A stretch of 64,000 nucleotides of DNA from the NCBI GenBank assembly GCA_951406725.2, contig OX597825.1, positions 4,588,001-4,652,000 of the forward strand. Reading direction: 5' to 3'. This document shows, piece after piece, positions 56,213 to 64,000 of the stretch. Below the pieces are notes generated by a model. That model ran no database searches and was not told the DNA's origin. It saw only the letters and a list, made by a program, of their open reading frames with translations. Every line of letters starts with the position of its first letter. Positions within the stretch are counted from its first letter, which is position 1. A program made the translations under genes and the position numbers. The stretch is from Octopus vulgaris (lineage: Eukaryota).

Positions 56213-57120
56213 CGCTCAACCATGAGAGAAACGAGTAAACACTTCCTGTGTGCGTGCGTGAGCGTGCTTGTGTGTGCGCGCTTACGTATTCGATATATGA
56301 TAATTCGGCAGCCGCATGCGACAGTACGCGAAGGTATATGATACCTTATATTAGATTGAAATAGGTTTTATTTAGCAGGACTTTGTAATTTTTTTATTAA
56401 ATCATTTTATTTCTCATTTTCTTCTATAAAAATTTCTGGCTTGCTTTTTATCTGCACAAGGCGCCACTTCAACTACAGGCGCCTGGGCGGCAGGTACGTG
56501 TGATTACATAGTATGTATGTCTGTATGTATTTATGTACGTATGTATATACACACACCCGAACGTACATAAGCATACATATATGTATGTGTGTAAATATAT
56601 ACGTATGCAGTTGTGTATTCAGTCATATGCGTATATATATATAATTAGATAGATGCAAACGTTCAAAGAAAAATGCGAAACAAACGAAAGGAAGATAGTT
56701 TTTAGAAAAAAAACGACTAAAAAATATGTAAAATGTAATGATAGCAGTAAATGTACAGTTCAAGCTAAAATGTAATTAAAGCAAATCACTGTAAGAAAAA
56801 GAAAGTTGAATATTCTGTTTGGAGAATATCAAGATGAAGAAGAAGAAAAGAGAAAAAGAAATATATGTTGAATTGGAAGGTAAAAACATGTTTTTAATGA
56901 AAGATATATATAGGATATACAAAGCTGATAAAAGAAAATTAATATCTAGATAGATTTTATCTAGAGTTTCTTTTTGACATTATTTCTAGAAATTAACAAT
57001 AGAAAGGGAAAATTATAAGAATACATATATGTGTGTGCGAGTGTACGTTTCTGAGTGTTTCTCTGTGTGTGTGTGTGAACAGATTCCAATATTTACGCTT
57101 ATATATATACATATACACGG

Positions 57121-57156
<36 letters not shown>

Positions 57157-57417
57157 CTAGATACATGTCCATTCATATATGCGTGTGTGTGTATACATGC
57201 ATGCATGTATATATTCATGTATGTATGGTTGACAGCAATGAATCTATTTTTCTAAATATATGTGTGTGTATGTTGTTAGGTATGCATAACTATAAAATAC
57301 ATACAATGATACACCCAAAGAATGCATACATTTATCCATATATATATATGAACATATGTGTGTGTATGTATATATATATATATATATATGTACAGAGAGA
57401 GAGAGAGTGAGGTTGAT

Positions 57418-57533
<116 letters not shown>

Positions 57534-58620
57534 ACGTGTATATATGATTATGTGTGTTCGCTTGCTTCTGTTCATATGTTCTCAGCCAATTAGTTTGGCT
57601 TCTGTCAAGTGATGCCTTGGCTTCTAGTTTCCAATGTCTGGTGCGTGGTAATAATTTCCTGCTCATAAGCAATTTAGGAAAGCAATGTCATCTAAGCAAA
57701 AGAATTATATTTTCCCCAGGAATAAAGTATTTTAGACATGTCTATTGAACATAATTACTATCTCTGGTTCATTGTTTGAAGACCTGATTGAGCAGAATAA
57801 AGAGTCGATAAAAAATGTAACAGTCAAAGATGAGACAGCAACAATATCAGAACAGATGCTGAGCAGGTTTTATTCCGGCTCTCCGCCCCTTCTCAGATGC
57901 AATTTCACTATTGTCTAATTCGAAGCTTCATTCGAACTGTCGTTCAGTTTAACACCACAACTACTTGGTGCCGTTCGTAGAGTACATTCTGTCGCAAGTG
58001 CTCAGGAAAGGTCTCCGGTTTAAGAAGACTTTTCTCCTTTCTTCTTCTCCTTTAGTCTCGGAAGCTCTGTAAAGGCTTATGGCCACTATTTTTCCTCTTG
58101 ACTGAAATATAAAAAATATGATCCTTTTGCTCAAAAGCATCCTTTCATTGTCATTTTCACCTTGTTTGTGTCCGCAGAACTTGTGTATCCGTTTTCGAAG
58201 CAGGAAAATTGATTTGGCTGGTATATATATATGTAGCAGAACATAATACCATGAGGAGAAAATATACGGAAATATTGTCCATCAGAAGAAGTTCTATTCA
58301 CATTCATTGACTAAAACAACCAGCCTTGAGATTTCTATAAGATGGAAACAGATAGATCTCCCTCTGGAGGATGAATCAACAAGGGAAATAACTCCTGCCA
58401 AGATATATTTAGAAGAGGGGGAAGGAGGGACGGAGAAAACGTTGTTGTTGGAGAGAAAGATGGAAGGTTTGTGAAAGATAGAATCGTCACAATATTAACG
58501 AAATAGTTTTGATCAAAAACTCGTGAGTTTTAAGAGCGAGTTTGTCCAGCACAACGGAACACAGATTTCAAAAATCAACGAAAGACTTTCCTAATATAAA
58601 AATAGTTATTTTTCATTGGT

Positions 58621-58651
<31 letters not shown>

Positions 58652-58805
58652 CTGTCTGTCTGTGTGTGTATGTGTGTGTGTGGCTGCTTCTTTCTGTATG
58701 TTTCTCAACACAGGGAAAACGCAACACACACTTTCAAAAAGCCTTTCGCTATAAATGAGAGATTGTTGTTGGTGTCTTCGTTGTTGCTGTTAAGAGACAG
58801 TGGGT

Positions 58806-58891
<86 letters not shown>

Positions 58892-60010
58892 CTGTGTGTG
58901 TGTGTTAGATACATAGGTAGTGTTTCCACCATAGTAACTAACGCGACTTTCACTGTATAACGGTCTGTTATCAATAGTAGGTACTTGCATGATCAACAAG
59001 TATTTTTACCGGCAACCTAGCGACGGATGAAGATTTAGTTTCATATAGGAACAACTGATTCTACCCAAATAATTCGTAGCTTTCAATACACCATTAAAAT
59101 TTGAAGAATTTTTCTCGACAGTTATGCTTGTGCTGTAACATTAATTATAAGTCGAAGTAGGTACGTATTAATGAAATAATACTTCCCCACTTAATTAAGT
59201 CTAATAGAATTTAGTATTTGAGTTCCCTGAAACAGTAATTTTATTTTGTATTACCTTGTATTGATATTAGTGACGGATAGTCAGTGTGTATTTAAAGTAC
59301 CTCTAGATTTGTTGTCAGATGTAATATTACAAATTACATGCTATAATTTTGAATTGGAATTAGTTTCGTTCACGGGCCATTTACTGTTTTTTTTTATCAT
59401 TAAATATCAAAAATCAATATTTTAAATAGCATAAAAATAAACCACTTCTGTAAATGGTTCGTACTAAAAGAAGATACAAGAGTTGCCGACAAAAGACATT
59501 TTTCGTTAGGAAAAAATAAAAAAAATAAAAAATTACACTATTCTTTATAATTGTAAATGGAAAGGGTTCGTTCGGTATTTGTAACCATTCGGTTGCAATC
59601 TATAAAAATTACAATCATGAACGCCGTTATTTGGTGAAGCCTGAGGAAACAAAAAGAAACTGCAAAGGGCTCTGCTTTTAGACAGGATACAATCTTTCAA
59701 AGAATCTTTATGCAAACATTAATCTGTTTCCAAAAGACATTAATGAAAATACTTGCAAAATGGAAGTAATGTTATGAATTGATCGAACTAATTGCAAAGA
59801 ACTACAAAACGAAAGTGTGTCAATGAGAGGATAGAAGTTGTATGCACGAACTATAAGAGCGTAAAATGTATGCGTGTTAGAGATTATTGGTATTAGGATA
59901 TCGATAGCAGATTTAAAGGCATAGAATAAGCAGCTGTACAAACAGAAAATGCAAAGTAAATAATAATCAATTACATGAAATACATTAAATCTTTGCACAC
60001 ATCAACCTTC

Positions 60011-60915
<905 letters not shown>

Positions 60916-60955
60916 TATATATTCAACCACGTGCTTTCACACACCAACTTTCTCA

Positions 60956-61003
<48 letters not shown>

Positions 61004-61654
61004 ACGAGAGTTTTAAAAGAGATAAAGCTCCTGTATATTGTACAACTGTTTCTTCGCCCCTCTATGAGCTAAAGATGAATAAAATTTGGTATGCGATAAA
61101 AATTTCAGATATTTGTCGTAAAATATTCAAGCAACCAAATTCAGAATTCAGATGTAGGACATGAGATATTATTCCATTCGAATATCCAAATATTTTTAGA
61201 TTAAGAATTTGATAAGTATAGAGAAATATAAAAATATAAACATAAAAATGAAATATAAGAATATAAACCTAAAAGATAAACACCTAAAATATATAAAATA
61301 TATAAGGGATATCATGAAGATAGAAAATAGGTTAAAAGAGGCGATTGAAAGTATTAGTCCAAACATGCGGCCGTTTCAGAAAAGTTTTTAGGGCTTGTAA
61401 GAAATAGTCCAAATTCAGCTCCCTGTAGAAAAAACATTTGCTTCCTCAGGATTCATTTCTCGAGGTAAAATCCAGTGAGGCACTACATGCTGACAGCTGA
61501 TAATTCAGTTAGACTCACTTTTCTTTATTTAGGCACTATGGCCCCAAACACAGAGGGGGATACCACTAGGACAGCAAGGACAGACACAACACCACATTGG
61601 GGACACAAAACATAAAACGAATGAAAATGAGATGTTATGTAAAAATGAAAGAAA

Positions 61655-62900
61655 TGGAACTAAGTTCCCGCGGTTTTTTTTATTTTGGAATTTATTGCCG
61701 TTTTAAATTTTGGAATCTATTTTGTTTCTTTTTTTTTTCTAGTTAATTTTAGTTTTTTTGTTTATTTTCAGATCATTAAAATGGAATGTCAAGTTAATGA
61801 AAAACGAGCATTTTAGACACCTCCTTCATTTTGCTTTTAATCAAGGTTCTAAGGCCGCAAAAGCTGCTCGTGACATTTGTGCTGTGTATGGAGAAAGTAC
61901 CATAGCTGAAAGAACAGCTCGTGATTGCTATGCCAAGTTCAAAAGTAGAAATTTTTACCTCAAATACGCACCTCGTTCTGACCATCCAGTTGAGTTCGAT
62001 GAAGAGCGATTAAACCAACATTTGCACGAAGATTCTTGTCAAACAACAAGGGACCTGGCAGAGAAAATGGAATGGTCTCACACTGCTGTAAAAAAGCATC
62101 TTCAGTCGATGGGAAAGGTTCAGTAGTATGGAGCATGGGTTCTGTATGCTTTAAATGACAACAACAACCTTCAACGAGCCAAAATCTCAGCTGGTTTGCT
62201 TGCTCGTGGACGCGTGCTCATGGACACAAGCAAGGATTTCTTTACTGAATCGTTACTGGCGACAAAAAATGGTGCCTGTTCATCAATATGAAGCAGCGTA
62301 AGGTATGGCTTAGCCTCGGTAAACAAGCGACACCACGCGTGAAGCAAGATCTTCATCCGCGTAAAACGATGTTCTGCGTATGGTTTGACTGGGAAGGGAT
62401 TATCCATTACGAATTGCTTAAACGGACCCAAATGGTCAACACGGAACTGTATGCTCCACAGATGGAACGACTCAACCTCCCTATTCAAGAGAAAAGACCT
62501 AATCGGCAGCATGGAGTTCTTCTACTGCATGACAACGCCCGCCCTCATATCGCCAGTATGACCAAAAAAGCCATTCAAACGCATGGCTGGGAAGTTCTGC
62601 CACACCCGCCGTACTCTCTTGATTTAGCACAAACGGATTTCAACCTCTTTCGATCTCTTTCGAATGCTATGCGCTGAATTTCGTTCAATACTGATGCAGA
62701 ATTGAGAGTATGGTTGAATCAATTTTTCGAGTTGGAATCGGGTGATTTCTACCAACAAGGTAATGGAAATCTTGTTGAACTTTGGGAAGAAGTTGTAAAC
62801 AACAAGGGTGAATACATTATTTATTAATTAGTTGTTATTTTAATTAACCCGTTAAAAAATTTAAATTTTAAAGACGGGGGGAACTTTGATGCCAGCCCAA
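61655..62900 (+). mobile_element. Mariner (DD34D) transposon with a defective transposase; left TIR eroded
   Basis: Right end ...gaactttgatgccagcccaa|TA. A partial left TIR reads tggaactaagttccc. Confidence 0.88.
61781..62827 (+). pseudogene. Mariner transposase pseudogene
   Basis: HTH region HFRHLLHFAFNQG..AAKAARDICAVYGE, WVLYAL (WVPHEL-like), KTMFCVWFDWEGIIHYELL, LLHDNARPH, HPPYSLDLAQTDF (YSPDLAPSD-like). Contains frameshifts and stops. Confidence 0.92.
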
Positions 62901-63005
62901 TATATATAGGTATGTATGTAAGTATGTATGTATGTATATATATGTATGTATGTGTATATATATATATATATATAAGCGAGAATGAAGCAACAAGAATGGA
63001 TAGGT

Positions 63006-63096
63006 TTTTAGTACAATCGTTTCATACAAGGACAGGTTTTATTAAAAGTTGCAAAAATTACAGCATATAAACGTGTCCCGTACTCATCAGCTAAAA
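63006..63096 (-). ncRNA. Type I hammerhead ribozyme, intact core (inverted copy)
   Basis: Reverse complement of 63628-63718. Confidence 0.82.
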
Positions 63097-63627
63097 TACA
63101 TGTGAGTTCTCTAGACATCCTAGTGGTTGAGGCTATACTCATGAAGTAATGTAGATAATTAAGTAACATAAACAGATTTCAAAAGTTCATTAAAGTTCTT
63201 TAAAGATGATGTACAGTCTTATCACAGAATTTTAAAAAATTCCTGCTTATTAGCATTACAGAGAGGGTGAATTAATCCTTTGTATAGATGCACAATTTCC
63301 AATGGTGTAGGTGTAATTCACCTACCCTCTCTGTAATGCTAATAAGCAGGAATTGAAACCCACCTCGTTGTAATTAACAATGGATAAATTTGTCTTCTGT
63401 GAGTATGTAATCCCTCATCATATCTCTGGAAATTCATATGTGCACTATGGATTAGGTCACCTTCTCTGTGATGCTATTAAGACTTTTTTTAAAATTCTGT
63501 GATAAGACTGTACATCATCTTTAAAGAACTTTAATGAACTTTTGAAATCTGTTTATGTTACTTAATTATCTACATTACTTCATGAGTATAGCCTCAACCA
63601 CTAGGATGTCTAGAGAACTCACATGTA

Positions 63628-63718
63628 TTTTAGCTGATGAGTACGGGACACGTTTATATGCTGTAATTTTTGCAACTTTTAATAAAACCTGTCCTTGTAT
63701 GAAACGATTGTACTAAAA
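63628..63718 (+). ncRNA. Type I hammerhead ribozyme, intact core
   Basis: TTTTAG-CTGATGA-gtacgggaca...tgtccttgtat (60 nt stem II region)-GAAA-cgattg-TA-CTAAAA. Stem I is 6 bp, and cleavage is predicted after 63712. Confidence 0.85.
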
Positions 63719-64000
63719 ACCTATCCATTCTTGTTGCTTCATTCTCGCTTATAATCACCCCACATTACTGTATTGTTAAATCAGTATAGTTTTCTTTGGT
63801 GCATCTAAGTTAGGTACCATATCCAAGTAAATTCATTTAAATTAACTTGAATCTTTATTGCTTTTTGTATATATATATGTATATATATATACACCTTTAT
63901 ATTTTCGTTTTGCCAGGTTCTTGATCTGAATTCGAGTGTTAAAGCAGATATTGTTGTACTTGGGGATCGTCATGTTTCCAATTTAGCTAATGAAAACACA

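Larger units (their letters stand above)
62971..63870 (+). mobile_element. Young Penelope-like insertion: 3' terminal repeat preceded by an inverted copy
   Basis: 269-bp arms 62971-63239 and 63485-63753, with no mismatch found by eye. A nested 31-bp inverted repeat lies at 63238-63268 and 63324-63354. (TA)n flanks both sides, and the 3' part is homologous to 35930-36080. Confidence 0.8.

Overview
AT-rich, microsatellite-dense animal DNA with no recognisable host protein-coding gene. The SINE families and repeat landscape suggest an octopod cephalopod (inference). Almost all long ORFs in the track are translations of simple repeats. Real coding remnants are all transposon-derived: a 5'-truncated Tx1/L1-type LINE (49388-52662, minus) with (GATA)n on both sides; a mariner (61655-62900); an internally deleted Tc1 (6018-6909); R4/Dong-type, HERO-type and CR1-group LINE fragments; a Chapaev3-like transposase remnant; a non-autonomous Helitron; and Penelope-like (PLE) remnants. 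The most notable signals are: (1) several type I hammerhead-ribozyme motifs in PLE terminal repeats, including a family with a long stem II and a 269-bp apparently perfect inverted repeat carrying a ribozyme on each strand; (2) apparent microsatellite-specific targeting by different retroelements; and (3) a twice-seen rearrangement, A-X-microsatellite-inverted A-X, suggesting template-switch repair at (TA)n. All calls come from reading and translating the sequence by eye; no database searches or folding computations were run.
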